Source: Akkermansiaceae bacterium
GTDB taxonomy: Bacteria > Verrucomicrobiota > Verrucomicrobiia > Verrucomicrobiales > Akkermansiaceae
Direction: 5' to 3'
NCBI GenBank assembly: GCA_047629805.1
Contig: JBLHUR010000002.1
Coordinates: 13,201-77,200 of the forward strand
Length of the DNA: 64,000 nucleotides
Below are positions 9,588 through 19,633 of this stretch, piece by piece. A program made the translations under genes and the position numbers. The notes below the pieces were generated by a model, which saw only the letters and a program-made list of their open reading frames with translations, was not told the DNA's origin and searched no databases. Position 1 is the stretch's first letter. Each line of letters starts with the position of its first letter.

Positions 9588-9709
9588 GGGTTCATGTGAC
9601 TTTCTCCTCTTCCCCATCCTGGAACTCCCTTTTGAAAGTGAGTAAACTTCGATTTTCGTGGCCCCCTTTTCAGGGGTGTGGAATTCTCTCCTCCAACCCA
9701 AAGATCGTC

Positions 9710-11116
9710 ATGCCCCGTCTCGTTACCTTACCCCTCCTTCTCCTCCTTCAAGCCGTATGCCCTTTACTTGCCCAACAAACTCCTAAAAAACCCAACATCA
9801 TTTACATCCTCGCCGATGATCTCGGCTACGGTGACTTGGGTTGCTACGGGCAAGAAATCATCAAGACCCCCAATCTCGACCGCATGGCCGCCGAGGGCCT
9901 GCGCTTCACCCAGCACTATTCCGGCAGCACGGTTTGCGCCCCTTCACGCAGTTGCCTTCTCGAAGGAAAACACACCGGCCACACCTACGTCAGAGGAAAC
10001 GGACAGCTTCAAATGCGTCGTGATCCCCATGATCCCATCTTCCCAGCCGCTCTCCAAAAAGTGGGCTATCATACCGCCCTCATCGGTAAGTCCGGGCTCG
10101 GTTGTAATACCGATGACTCCGCCCTCGTCCTCGACAAAGGCTTTGACTCCTTCTTTGGCTACACCTCACACACCAACGCCCACTTCTACTACCCGAAGTA
10201 TCTCTGGCGAAATACCGAGAAGGTGGCTTACCCAAATAACACCCTCCACGAGGGCGACCATTACTCTTCCTCCGTCGTGACCGCAGAGGCCCTCACCTAC
10301 ATCGAAAAACAAAAGGACGGTCCATTCTTTCTCCACCTCGCGCTTCAAGTCCCCCACGCCAGCCTCCGGGCCAAGGAGGAATGGAAAGAGAAATACCGCC
10401 CCATTCTCAAAGAGAAACTTCTCCCCGAGCGTGAAAAACATCCCCACTACTCCTACGAGCGCGAGCCCAAGACAACCTTCGCGGCCATGATCTCCTACAT
10501 GGATCACAACGTCGGCCTCCTCCTTAAAAAGCTCAACGAACTCGGCATCGCCGAAAACACTCTCGTCATCTTCTCCAGCGACAATGGCGCGATGGCCGAA
10601 GGTGGACATCAGCGGGGCAGTTTCAACTCCAGCGGCCCCTTGCGTGGAGGAAAACGCGACCTTTACGAAGGCGGGGTTCGCGTTCCCACGATCGCCTGGT
10701 GGCCGGGTCAGATCAAATCGGGCCGCAGCACCGACCATCCATCCGCCTTCTGGGATATCTCACCGACCGTCCGGGAGCTTTCCGGTGCTGAAGTTCAGGC
10801 CGACACCGATGGCCTTTCCCTCGTTCCCACCCTCCTCGGCAAGGGCGAACAAAAGAAGCACGACTACCTTTACTGGGAATTTTTTGAAGGGGGCGGGAAG
10901 CGTTCCATTCTTAAAGGTGATTGGAAGCTCATTCTCTACAATACCAACAAAGACGCCAACCCACGGGCTGAGCTCTACAATATCAAGGAAGACCTCGCTG
11001 AGAAAAAGAATCTCGCTGAAAAGAACTCCGGCAAAGTTGCGGAACTCATCACCCTCATGGATACAGCACGCACACCATCTGAGAATCGTTCCTTCAAACT
11101 GAAATCCGAGAAGTAA
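9710..11116 (+). CDS. secreted arylsulfatase A-family sulfatase
   Basis: It has a signal peptide MPRLVTLPLLLLLQAVCPLLAQQ. It then has NIIYILADDLGYGDLGCYG and the formylglycine motif CAPSRSCLLEGK. The ATG at 9710 is in frame within the longer 9206 ORF. Confidence 0.9.
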   Translation: MPRLVTLPLLLLLQAVCPLLAQQTPKKPNIIYILADDLGYGDLGCYGQEIIKTPNLDRMAAEGLRFTQHYSGSTVCAPSRSCLLEGKHTGHTYVRGNGQLQMRRDPHDPIFPAALQKVGYHTALIGKSGLGCNTDDSALVLDKGFDSFFGYTSHTNAHFYYPKYLWRNTEKVAYPNNTLHEGDHYSSSVVTAEALTYIEKQKDGPFFLHLALQVPHASLRAKEEWKEKYRPILKEKLLPEREKHPHYSYEREPKTTFAAMISYMDHNVGLLLKKLNELGIAENTLVIFSSDNGAMAEGGHQRGSFNSSGPLRGGKRDLYEGGVRVPTIAWWPGQIKSGRSTDHPSAFWDISPTVRELSGAEVQADTDGLSLVPTLLGKGEQKKHDYLYWEFFEGGGKRSILKGDWKLILYNTNKDANPRAELYNIKEDLAEKKNLAEKNSGKVAELITLMDTARTPSENRSFKLKSEK

Positions 11117-11131
11117 CCGAAGCCATTTGGT

Positions 11132-13744
11132 CTATCTTACCGGAAACCCGCCGGACTTAAATCGGCGGTGTTGCTCCTGTAATTCCCAACGATTCCCCGA
11201 ATTACCGAGCACGTCGTTCTTGATCGAAAGCGTGCTCCACCTAAGAGCTTCAGGCCGATTTTGACGGGCGAAGTAAATCTCCCCCATCGTATCGAGGTAG
11301 GCCGCGGAATGTGGATTCATTTCCAAGGCAGTCTTGAGATAAGCCTCAGCCTCGTCGAGCTGGCGGTTCGCACGGGAGGCGAGCCAAGCGAAGTTGTTGT
11401 AAACGTTATCGTCCTTGGGATAGAGCTCGATGTTCTTTCGGCAATGACGGGCTGTCTCCGCAAAGAGTTGGTTATGGAGCTCGCTCAGGCCCACTTCACG
11501 GAGGAGGGGGAAGAGTTCATTTGCAAGGTAGCCATCGCGGGGCAGGATTTGATGCGCACGGGAGAAAGCCGCAACCGCTCCGACAATGTCCCCTTTTTGC
11601 ATCGCCACGGCACCACGGGCCACGAGGATCTGGAATCTGGAGCGCATCGCATAGACGCCCGAGCTGACACTACGATAAATGGCATCGAGAGCGATGACTT
11701 CGCGATAGGCCAAAGTCTCCTGCCATTTCCCAAGGACGACGCTGATGGAGCCGAGTTCGTCGATCAGCCCCTCTCGCACCCCGTATTGTGAGGATCTTGT
11801 CGGGTTCTCTGTTCGCAAAAGTGCTTTACTCAGAAATTGGTAGGCCTTCGCCGTATCGCCGAATTGTAGGTGATGCTCAGCAAATTGTCTTAAGGATTCA
11901 CTTCCGCCATTCGATAAAAGAAGTCCCTTTTCCATGAGTTCGTCGCCACCGGAAATTCCGACCTTCTTGAGAATAAGCCCTCTTTGATAGAGGAACTCAG
12001 CGCTCGCAGATTCCTCTTTAAATTCGATTTTCTGGAAGGCCTCGGCCCCGTCCCTGATGCGACCTCCATCGATCGCCACAATTGCTTCAAGATAATGATT
12101 GGGACTACCAGCCTTCTCCAAAGCAGCGGTGAATTTCAAGAGATCCTTTTCCCGGTTTCGGGAATACAAGAGAATGTAAAGATTGGAGAGACTCCCCACC
12201 CACTCATCTTCGTTCTTCATGATGTGTTCGAAAACCTGATCACGCGCTCTCGTATATTCCGCCGGATCCACCAGGAGTCGACGAGCGGAAAAAGAAAGCG
12301 TGAGAAGAAGACGCTCGCGCGTTCCCATTCCTTCATTGAGTTCTTGGAGGATGTTGTCGAGCCAGATGCACTTGTCGCCGTATATCCTCATCAGCCCGAA
12401 AAAATCCTCGAGAGAAGCTTCATATTCGTCGATCTCATGAGCGATCGCCGTGATGGTGCTCACAGGAGCAGAGTTAAAAGTTCGCCCCGCAATGGATGCG
12501 GGATCCAGCTCGGATGACTCACGCACAAGGCCAAACAGATCCAACACACATCGCGTCGCCTTTTCAGTCTCTCCGCGACCTTCCAAAAAGTTCGCAGCAC
12601 TGACTAATCGATCAAGTTCGAGACTGTTTCCGGTATTTCCTATATCCTCTCTACCTTTGCTTGTCGTCTCCTTGAGCCATACCGAAAAGCTCTCCTCCTT
12701 CCCGTCCGGAAGCCCAAGCAATTCCTGAGCTTGCACATAGTCTTCATGAGCAAGCCGGTAATCCACCTTCCCCGTGAGTTCAGTCGGCTTCAAACTTTTG
12801 AAAACCACCTCGCCATAGCCCATGCGAAAGAGGCCCATCCGCGCCGCATTTCTCTCTGTTTTCTCGTCACTGAGATAAACGAGTGCGTCGTAAGCTTCCT
12901 TCTGAGCCGCGGAATCACCGCGATGGTTCGCGAGAGTCCAATTGACATAATGACGATTAGCGAGCGTGGGATTACTGTTCTCCAAAAGTGATTCGAGATA
13001 AGGAACATGATCACCCATGACGAGAGCCGCGAGAGTATTAGCATCATTCGAACCCAGTCGGATGGCGGCCCTTCGCAAGGGCGCAGGGTCCCCTTTCACC
13101 CGCAGACAGGCAAGGTAGCGTGCCTCTTCCTCTGGGTCCTCGGAGTTCGCCAGTCGCCTGATTTCCGCATCCAACCCTCCCGTCTGATCGAGGAGGTGCG
13201 CGTAATGAATGAGATGGGAGAACTGCTGACTCAACAGGAGGTATTCCATCGCTAGATCCACCTTATCTTCATTCAAATAATCGCGAACAATCTTAGGAAG
13301 AATTCTAGAAATGATGGCATCGACCCGGATTAGAACATCTGGATTATCCTCCAGCTTTCGAAGACGAATCAGGATGTCATACTCCTCGGCTGCCAGGAGT
13401 TTCTCGATCGCGCTGATCTTTTTGAGAGTAGTGGAGCCAAAATATCGATCGATGAGCTTCGCGATCTCCGCCGGAGTCTCGGGCGTGACGCCGAGCTTCA
13501 CCTTCCGGATAATGGCAGTGGCTCGCGCCGCCAGTTCTGGGTCTTCACCATCGATTAATTTCTCCAGAAAGTTGAGTCCCTCTTTCCCCTTTTCCCAAAT
13601 CTCGAACGTCGCCTTCTCACGGACCCCAAATTCTGGGGAGCCGAGGGATTTACGCCACGCCTGATGCTGCTGCGACTCATCTTGGGCGGGTGCCAGAAGA
13701 GAAAGAAAGACCGTAAAAAGGAGGGTGAGTCTTTTGATCATCAT
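11132..13744 (-). CDS. large secreted TPR/HEAT-like repeat protein, hypothetical
   Basis: It is 870 aa with an N-terminal signal peptide MMIKRLTLLFTVFLSLLAPAQD. The C-terminus has TPR-like repeats (YNNFAWLASRANRQLDEAEAYLKTALEMNPHSAAYLDTMGEIYF). Confidence 0.8.
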   Translation of the reverse strand: MMIKRLTLLFTVFLSLLAPAQDESQQHQAWRKSLGSPEFGVREKATFEIWEKGKEGLNFLEKLIDGEDPELAARATAIIRKVKLGVTPETPAEIAKLIDRYFGSTTLKKISAIEKLLAAEEYDILIRLRKLEDNPDVLIRVDAIISRILPKIVRDYLNEDKVDLAMEYLLLSQQFSHLIHYAHLLDQTGGLDAEIRRLANSEDPEEEARYLACLRVKGDPAPLRRAAIRLGSNDANTLAALVMGDHVPYLESLLENSNPTLANRHYVNWTLANHRGDSAAQKEAYDALVYLSDEKTERNAARMGLFRMGYGEVVFKSLKPTELTGKVDYRLAHEDYVQAQELLGLPDGKEESFSVWLKETTSKGREDIGNTGNSLELDRLVSAANFLEGRGETEKATRCVLDLFGLVRESSELDPASIAGRTFNSAPVSTITAIAHEIDEYEASLEDFFGLMRIYGDKCIWLDNILQELNEGMGTRERLLLTLSFSARRLLVDPAEYTRARDQVFEHIMKNEDEWVGSLSNLYILLYSRNREKDLLKFTAALEKAGSPNHYLEAIVAIDGGRIRDGAEAFQKIEFKEESASAEFLYQRGLILKKVGISGGDELMEKGLLLSNGGSESLRQFAEHHLQFGDTAKAYQFLSKALLRTENPTRSSQYGVREGLIDELGSISVVLGKWQETLAYREVIALDAIYRSVSSGVYAMRSRFQILVARGAVAMQKGDIVGAVAAFSRAHQILPRDGYLANELFPLLREVGLSELHNQLFAETARHCRKNIELYPKDDNVYNNFAWLASRANRQLDEAEAYLKTALEMNPHSAAYLDTMGEIYFARQNRPEALRWSTLSIKNDVLGNSGNRWELQEQHRRFKSGGFPVR

Positions 13745-13786
13745 AAGATTATTAAGGGTCGCTGATTTTGATCCTCGTTCAAGGAT

Positions 13787-14485
13787 TCATGCTAGAAGTT
13801 CATCGACAAGATCCGGCAGACACTCGCCTGCCTTCCCTCGCACTGTCCGAGCGAAACTACTGCTCCCCGCTGTCTCCGCAAGGTTGACTTCGATGGTCTT
13901 CGCACCTGCGGATCGGGCCATCTCCACGAAACCAGCAGCGGGATAGACCTGGCTGGAGGTGCCAATAGAGAGAAAGACGTCCGCCGATTGCAGCGCCTTT
14001 TCGATCTCTGGCATGAAGAAAGGCATCTCGCCAAACCAAACGATATCGGGCCTCAGCCGTCCCTTTGAATGACAGCACGAACAGCGGGATTTATGATCAA
14101 GGTCGATCAAAATTTCTTGCGTTTCCTCGCAGTCCAAGCAACGGGCTTTCAAGAGCTCGCCGTGCATGTGAAGAACTTGCTCGGAACCGCCTCGCTCATG
14201 GAGATTGTCAATATTCTGCGTCACGAGAACGACCTCACCATTGAACGCCTTCTCCAGTCTCGCCAAAGCCAAATGGCCCCGATTTGGTTCGACGCCAGCG
14301 AGAAGCCCCTGCCGACGCTCATTATAAAACCGCTGCACCAGGACAGGGTCACGGGCAAAGCCCTCGGGCGTAGCGACATCTTCGATTCGATGCCCTTCCC
14401 ACAGACCATCAACCCCACGAAAGGTCTGAATCCCGGACTCCGCCGAGATACCTGCTCCGGTGAGGATGACGATGGACCGACTCAT
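13787..14485 (-). CDS. cobB: NAD-dependent protein deacylase, Sir2 family
   Basis: It contains VILTGAGISAESGIQTFRG, QNIDNLHERGG, a zinc ribbon CxxC...CxxC and GTSSQVYPAA. Confidence 0.92.
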   Translation of the reverse strand: MSRSIVILTGAGISAESGIQTFRGVDGLWEGHRIEDVATPEGFARDPVLVQRFYNERRQGLLAGVEPNRGHLALARLEKAFNGEVVLVTQNIDNLHERGGSEQVLHMHGELLKARCLDCEETQEILIDLDHKSRCSCCHSKGRLRPDIVWFGEMPFFMPEIEKALQSADVFLSIGTSSQVYPAAGFVEMARSAGAKTIEVNLAETAGSSSFARTVRGKAGECLPDLVDELLA

Positions 14486-14709
14486 TTCTTAGCCCGGTTC
14501 TTCCACCGATAAATCCACCGCCCCACGAGACAAAGGAAAAGAAGTGCACTGACAACGAGACAGTATTTGGAAATAGGAGTCACCTCTTCCACCACCCCGG
14601 AAGTGAGCAACATGCTCTCGTAGCGAGGCGAGATAAACTTCCCAAAGATAAAAAAAATCACGCTGGTCGCGAAAAACAGCCAGTCGAAAGAGTATTTACG
14701 TGATTTCAT
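14482..14709 (-). CDS. small two-helix membrane protein, hypothetical
   Basis: It translates as MKSRKYSFDWLFFATSVIFFIFGK...LVVSALLFLCLVGRWIY. It shares ATGA overlaps with the mnmE stop (14709-14706) and the cobB start (14485-14482). Confidence 0.5.
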   Translation of the reverse strand: MKSRKYSFDWLFFATSVIFFIFGKFISPRYESMLLTSGVVEEVTPISKYCLVVSALLFLCLVGRWIYRWKNRAKK

Positions 14710-16031
14710 TTCCCAATGCAAAAGCGGCTAAAAATCTCCCCCAAAATCTCCTCTGTATCCACCACCCCGGCAATCTCACCGACAGCCATCAGTGAGGCAC
14801 GGAGATCAAGAGCCGTCAGCTCTGGTTCTTCGCTCGCTTTGAGAGAAGTGATGGCTCGATCGAGGGCCGTGCGGGCCCGAACGAGACAAGCTTGGTGACG
14901 GGCATTCACCGCGACTGAATGGTCGCCCCAGTGAGCTTCGTCGAGAGAGAGCAGTTGCGCGATCGCCTCCTCCATCTCAGGGAACCCCGCACCAGTCTCA
15001 CACGAAATCTTAAGACCTTCTTGATCCCTCCAAGAATCATGGATGAGGTCGGATTTATTGAAAATCACTAAGCGTTTTGTCCCTTCGGGAAGACTCAGTG
15101 TCGAGGGCTCGAAGGCTTCGCTGAGGTCCCTAACCTCCAGAACCAAATCAGCCTTAGCCACCTGCCCGTGGGTCATGGCGATCCCCTCCTTCTCAATCTC
15201 ATCATCCGATTCCCGCACCCCGGCGGTATCGATAAGTCGCAGCGGGATGCCGCGGAGATTCACGACCTCTTCGATGGTGTCACGTGTCGTACCCTCGCGT
15301 GAACTCACGATGGCCCGTTGATACCCCAGGAGTCGGTTGAGGAGGCTGGACTTTCCCACATTAGGTTTCCCATAAATCACCGTCCTCACACCTTCGCGGA
15401 GGATGCGTCCTTGATCGGCCGTGGCGAGGAGATCGTTCATGCGCGCCCGCTGTTTCTCGAGAATCTCGCAGAGAGCCTCCCCAACCGCATCGATATCTTC
15501 CTCAGGGAAGTCAATGTAAGCCTCCAAGTGAGCAGTCGCTCCTAGTAATTCGCTACGAATTTCTTCACTGGAAATGCCCAGCCGCCCTTCCAGTTGCTCA
15601 GTGGCCGAACGTAAGGCCAAGGAGGTCTGTGCGGAGATCAAATCCATCACGGCCTCGGCTTGGGTTAAATCCATCCGGCCATTCATGAAAGCCCGCTGGG
15701 TAAATTCTCCGGGTTCAGCCGGGTGCGCACCCAACTCGATGAATCTCTCCAATATTTTGCGCGTCACCACAACTCCCCCGTGGCCTGTAAATTCCACAAC
15801 ATCTTCGCCAGTGTAACTCTTAGGACCGTGAAAAGAAACCATCACGCCCTCATCAAGTGCCCGCCCCTGGGCGTCTCGCACTTTGCGCAGCCCTACCATC
15901 CGGCAGCTTGGTAAATTGCCCTTGGCCAAGGCAGCGCTTGCAATGCCAAAAGCATCCGGCCCTGAGAGTCGAATCAACGAAACCGCCCCGGTGCCAACCG
16001 GGCTGGCGATGGCCACAATGGTCTTTTCCAT
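14706..16031 (-). CDS. mnmE: tRNA modification GTPase MnmE
   Basis: It has the G-domain motif GKPNVGKSSLLN, DTAG and the diagnostic C-terminal CIGK. Confidence 0.93.
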   Translation of the reverse strand: MEKTIVAIASPVGTGAVSLIRLSGPDAFGIASAALAKGNLPSCRMVGLRKVRDAQGRALDEGVMVSFHGPKSYTGEDVVEFTGHGGVVVTRKILERFIELGAHPAEPGEFTQRAFMNGRMDLTQAEAVMDLISAQTSLALRSATEQLEGRLGISSEEIRSELLGATAHLEAYIDFPEEDIDAVGEALCEILEKQRARMNDLLATADQGRILREGVRTVIYGKPNVGKSSLLNRLLGYQRAIVSSREGTTRDTIEEVVNLRGIPLRLIDTAGVRESDDEIEKEGIAMTHGQVAKADLVLEVRDLSEAFEPSTLSLPEGTKRLVIFNKSDLIHDSWRDQEGLKISCETGAGFPEMEEAIAQLLSLDEAHWGDHSVAVNARHQACLVRARTALDRAITSLKASEEPELTALDLRASLMAVGEIAGVVDTEEILGEIFSRFCIGK

Positions 16032-16043
16032 CTTTACTTCGAG

Positions 16044-17234
16044 CTAGAGGTTGGAGGGATCCCCCCCAACCCCGAGAAATTCCCAGCAGATCACTTTTGA
16101 CACCACCAAAACAGGAGTGGCATCACTGGACCATTGTAGAACAACCGTCACGCCCAGACTTGTAAGCCTCCCACCAACGATATCGGTCCAAGCAAGCTTC
16201 TCTAAGACCTTGCCAACCTGAGAGTCGCGCTTGACAGGCACGATGGCTATGTCCTCTTCGATGTGAGCTGGATCGGTAAGACGGTAAGACCGTGAACCGG
16301 GATCACCTTTTAAAATCGTGCTCACATCTTCACTGATACCCAAACGGAAAGTCCCTTTGCGACCAGCTACGGGATATTCGATGAAGTCGCGAAACAAGCG
16401 GTCCTTGGTTTGCACATATGTGTGCCAGTCAATGAGAAGCTCATTCCCCGTTTTCTTTAGAAAAACCCGAGCCCTGCTTGCTTCCATCTCAAAGTTCTGG
16501 CGAAAGGCCCGCGACCTGGTTTGCAAATCGGGGTCCTTAAGGGTGAGATGCGTTTTGAGATCAGTTATTGGGCTGAAAAGCTCTCCAAGCCTAAATTGCT
16601 TTGGTCGATCAAACTCGATGAGGAAAATTCCTCGGCCGGTATCCGAGTCATCCATGGGCCATTCGGAAAAGAAATCAGCACGCAGGTCCTCCTTAGGCAG
16701 GCTTCCGCTCCCGTAAAAAACCTTCATGTCAGGAATCGTTGCTTCCTTCCCAATCACATATTTCGCTTTCTCCTCAATCGTGCGCGCCATTAAAAAATTC
16801 TTCAAAACAGCGAGCGCCTGATCTTCAACACCCGTAAAAGAGGGGTCTCCGCCCGGAGTTGACGGCGAAATATTTTCTTCGGTATTACCATTCTTACTGG
16901 ATTCGACACCCTTAGATTTTTGGAAGATTACCACCCCCCCCACAAGAAGTCCCAAAAAAGTAAGCGCCGCTAAACTCCAAAGAAGCCCAGCCCCTCCCTT
17001 TTTCTCCTCGTAGGAGGCATAATTCAGATCACCTGAATTCCGCTCCGACACATTCTTAGCAGGATCTGAAGCACCGCCTTGATTTCGGGGAATCGGCTGG
17101 TCAAGAGACGGAGACGTGGTGACTTGCTGGCAAACCGGGCAAGGCGCTGAAGTCGGAGGGAGATCGATGGGCACCACGATGGCCGCCTGGCAATGCTCGC
17201 ACTCGAATTGTTTCTGTCCTTGGGGGCTATCCAT
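16044..17234 (-). CDS. membrane-anchored protein with N-terminal zinc ribbon, hypothetical
   Basis: It has CEHC...CPVC near the N-terminus, one TM segment (LLWSLAALTFLGLLVGGVVIF) and a C-terminal domain of about 270 aa of unknown family. Confidence 0.7.
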   Translation of the reverse strand: MDSPQGQKQFECEHCQAAIVVPIDLPPTSAPCPVCQQVTTSPSLDQPIPRNQGGASDPAKNVSERNSGDLNYASYEEKKGGAGLLWSLAALTFLGLLVGGVVIFQKSKGVESSKNGNTEENISPSTPGGDPSFTGVEDQALAVLKNFLMARTIEEKAKYVIGKEATIPDMKVFYGSGSLPKEDLRADFFSEWPMDDSDTGRGIFLIEFDRPKQFRLGELFSPITDLKTHLTLKDPDLQTRSRAFRQNFEMEASRARVFLKKTGNELLIDWHTYVQTKDRLFRDFIEYPVAGRKGTFRLGISEDVSTILKGDPGSRSYRLTDPAHIEEDIAIVPVKRDSQVGKVLEKLAWTDIVGGRLTSLGVTVVLQWSSDATPVLVVSKVICWEFLGVGGDPSNL

Positions 17235-17268
17235 GTCTGGGGAAGTAGAATGAAGATGCTCTTGAAAG

Positions 17269-18363
17269 TCAACTGGCGAGAAGTTTGCTTAATTCGTCCA
17301 AACATCGCTGGTTCTGCTCCGGAGTTCCAATCGAAATACGAACCCACTCCGGCAGTTTGTAGCCGCGCATCGCGCGCACGATGATTCCCTTCTTCAAAAG
17401 CGCCCCGAAAACAGCGTCGCCATCGCCCACCTTCACCAGCACAAAGTTCGCGTGGCTAGGAACAAACTCCCAACCATGATCTGCAAACGTCTCCTCAAAA
17501 AGGCGTAATCCAACCGCGTTATTCTTAACCGTTGCGGCAATATGCTCTTCATCCTGAATCGCCGCCAAAGCGCCCGCTTGCGCAATCGCGTTCGCATTGA
17601 ATGGCTGACGGGATCGATTTAAAAGACCCGCAACCTCCGCCGAAGTGATCCCATAACCAATTCGTAAGGCAGAGAGTCCCTGCGCTTTCGAAAACGTCCG
17701 CATCACGCAGACGTCGCGCCCCTCTCGAACGTAGCGAATGACATCCGGAGCGTCGGTCAAAAATTCATGATAGGCCTCATCAAAAACCGCCACAACATGA
17801 TCGGGCAGCTTTGACATAAAACGATCAATCTCCTCCTGCCCCACCAGCGTCCCCGTCGGGTTATTCGGATTGGCAATAAAAACCAAACGCGTCTCGGGAG
17901 TAATCGCTTCCAGCATCGCATCGAGATCATGCGCGAACCCCGGGTCAGGGACCTCCGTGTAATCCGCTCCAAAAAGACTCGCCATCAACTTATAAACGAC
18001 AAAGGCATGCTCCGCCGCAATCAAGCCCGCTCCCGGCTTGAGAAACGAATGACAAAGCAGCTCAATAATTTCATTCGAACCATTCCCCAGGACGATATTC
18101 TCAAAGGCTACCCCATGTTTCTCGGCCAATGCCGATCTCAAACGATACCCCCCACCATCAGGATAAAGATGCGCTTTCTCGATCTCCTTCACCATCGCCT
18201 CCTTCGCTTTCGGCGACGGTCCAAGCGGGTTTTCATTACTCGCTAACTTGATGATATCCTCCGGGTTTAATCCCAGCTCGCGTGCCGTTTCCTCAATTGG
18301 TTTACCCGGTTCATAAGGAACCAGATCCGACACCCATTGATTGCCATGTCCTGTAATGCTCAT
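17269..18363 (-). CDS. hisC: histidinol-phosphate aminotransferase
   Basis: It contains LASNENPLGPSP and a PLP lysine region TFSKAQGLSALRIGYG. Confidence 0.9.
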   Translation of the reverse strand: MSITGHGNQWVSDLVPYEPGKPIEETARELGLNPEDIIKLASNENPLGPSPKAKEAMVKEIEKAHLYPDGGGYRLRSALAEKHGVAFENIVLGNGSNEIIELLCHSFLKPGAGLIAAEHAFVVYKLMASLFGADYTEVPDPGFAHDLDAMLEAITPETRLVFIANPNNPTGTLVGQEEIDRFMSKLPDHVVAVFDEAYHEFLTDAPDVIRYVREGRDVCVMRTFSKAQGLSALRIGYGITSAEVAGLLNRSRQPFNANAIAQAGALAAIQDEEHIAATVKNNAVGLRLFEETFADHGWEFVPSHANFVLVKVGDGDAVFGALLKKGIIVRAMRGYKLPEWVRISIGTPEQNQRCLDELSKLLAS

Positions 18364-18403
18364 AGCGCGAACCTAGCGAACTTCCCCGCCCCCGCAAGTC
18401 CGT

Positions 18404-19102
18404 TCAGATGGACAATTCCGACTCATCGAATCTCCCGGTATAGATCGAAGCAATTCCCCCGCTCAAGGGGTCACATTTACTTTCTGAAAAACCAGCCTTT
18501 CTAAAAAGCTCCAACATCGCCTCTCCGTAGGGAAACTCCCCGATCGATCCCGCCAGGTATTGATAAGCTTCACCCTGTCCGGTCAATAATCCCGCGATCT
18601 TCGGCAGGATTCTGTTGAGATAAAATCCATAGGGCTTCTTTAAAATTCCGCCCGGTGTCGAAAAATCCAGCACCAGCAAATGTCCTCCCGGCTTGATCAC
18701 CCGGCCCATCTCCCGCAGTGCCTCCTGCCAATTCTCCATATTCCGCAGCCCAAAAGCCACCGTCACGACATCAAACTCCCCGTCCTCAAAGGGCAAATTC
18801 ATGGCATCCGCCACCTGCGTTTCCTGCACCCCACTCTTCGTCGCGTGAGCCAGCATCTCAGGACAAAAATCCGTCCCCAATACCTTCGCCTCAGGGCATT
18901 TCCGCTGAATCTCCAAGGCCAAATCTCCCGTCCCCGTCGCGACATCCAGAACCCGCTCCGGATTCCAATCCCGCACAATCCGCCCGACCTTCTTACGCCA
19001 CAAAATATCCGTCCCCATGCTCAAAACATGGTTCGTCAACACGTAGCGGTCCGCGATTTTCGCGAAGGCTCCTTTCACAAATTTAGGATCCTGCCCGCTC
19101 AT
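18404..19102 (-). CDS. ubiE: demethylmenaquinone/ubiquinone C-methyltransferase
   Basis: It contains IADRYVLTNHVLSMGTDILWRKK, the SAM motif VLDVATGTGDLA and FGLRNM. Confidence 0.88.
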   Translation of the reverse strand: MSGQDPKFVKGAFAKIADRYVLTNHVLSMGTDILWRKKVGRIVRDWNPERVLDVATGTGDLALEIQRKCPEAKVLGTDFCPEMLAHATKSGVQETQVADAMNLPFEDGEFDVVTVAFGLRNMENWQEALREMGRVIKPGGHLLVLDFSTPGGILKKPYGFYLNRILPKIAGLLTGQGEAYQYLAGSIGEFPYGEAMLELFRKAGFSESKCDPLSGGIASIYTGRFDESELSI

Positions 19103-19617
19103 TCTGCACTCGGAGGTTCAGGAAGAATATCGAGATAAACTCCCGGATCACTACCAGGAATCTCAACTGCTCCTACCACTTTCGCGTAAAATTCCTTCGG
19201 CCCCACTCCGCCAATAAACCCATAAGCATATCCCGCCTCCCTCTGCGCCTCCAAGGCTTTTAAGAGCAGCGCCTTCCCCAATCCCAAACCTCTCGCCGCT
19301 TCCGCCACCCCCGTCGGTCCAAAGTATCCCTTCGCCGTCGTCTCGTAACAGGCAAAGCCCAAGATCTCCTTATCTTTCGTCGCAATAAAACAAGAAATCG
19401 GCTGCCGCGAAAATGCCACCTGCACTTCGCTCACCCACTTCGGCGAAAAATGCTCACGCACAAAGTTCTCCACCAAATGTTTCTCATAAGCCCCAGGCCG
19501 CCGCAGGATCACCCCCGACTCCGCAACCCGCCCGTAAAGGTCCTGACTTTCCGGCAAGTCATACAGCCGCACCAACATGTCGATCATCTTGAAATCAGAT
19601 TCACCCCGATCCCCCAA
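19099..19617 (-). CDS. GNAT family N-acetyltransferase
   Basis: It has the acetyl-CoA motif RGLGLGKALLLKALE. It overlaps the ubiE start by 4 nt. The start could instead be ATG 19587 (MIDMLVRLYDLP). Confidence 0.8.
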   Translation of the reverse strand: MGDRGESDFKMIDMLVRLYDLPESQDLYGRVAESGVILRRPGAYEKHLVENFVREHFSPKWVSEVQVAFSRQPISCFIATKDKEILGFACYETTAKGYFGPTGVAEAARGLGLGKALLLKALEAQREAGYAYGFIGGVGPKEFYAKVVGAVEIPGSDPGVYLDILPEPPSAE

Positions 19618-19633
19618 AAATCCAATCCCAATA

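Noticed and set aside
9206-9709. A 168-aa N-terminal extension of the sulfatase ORF.
   Set aside because: The extension crosses the gspE promoter region, the sRNA-like hairpins and a strong terminator. The internal ATG at 9710 gives a canonical signal peptide directly followed by the sulfatase N-terminal motif.
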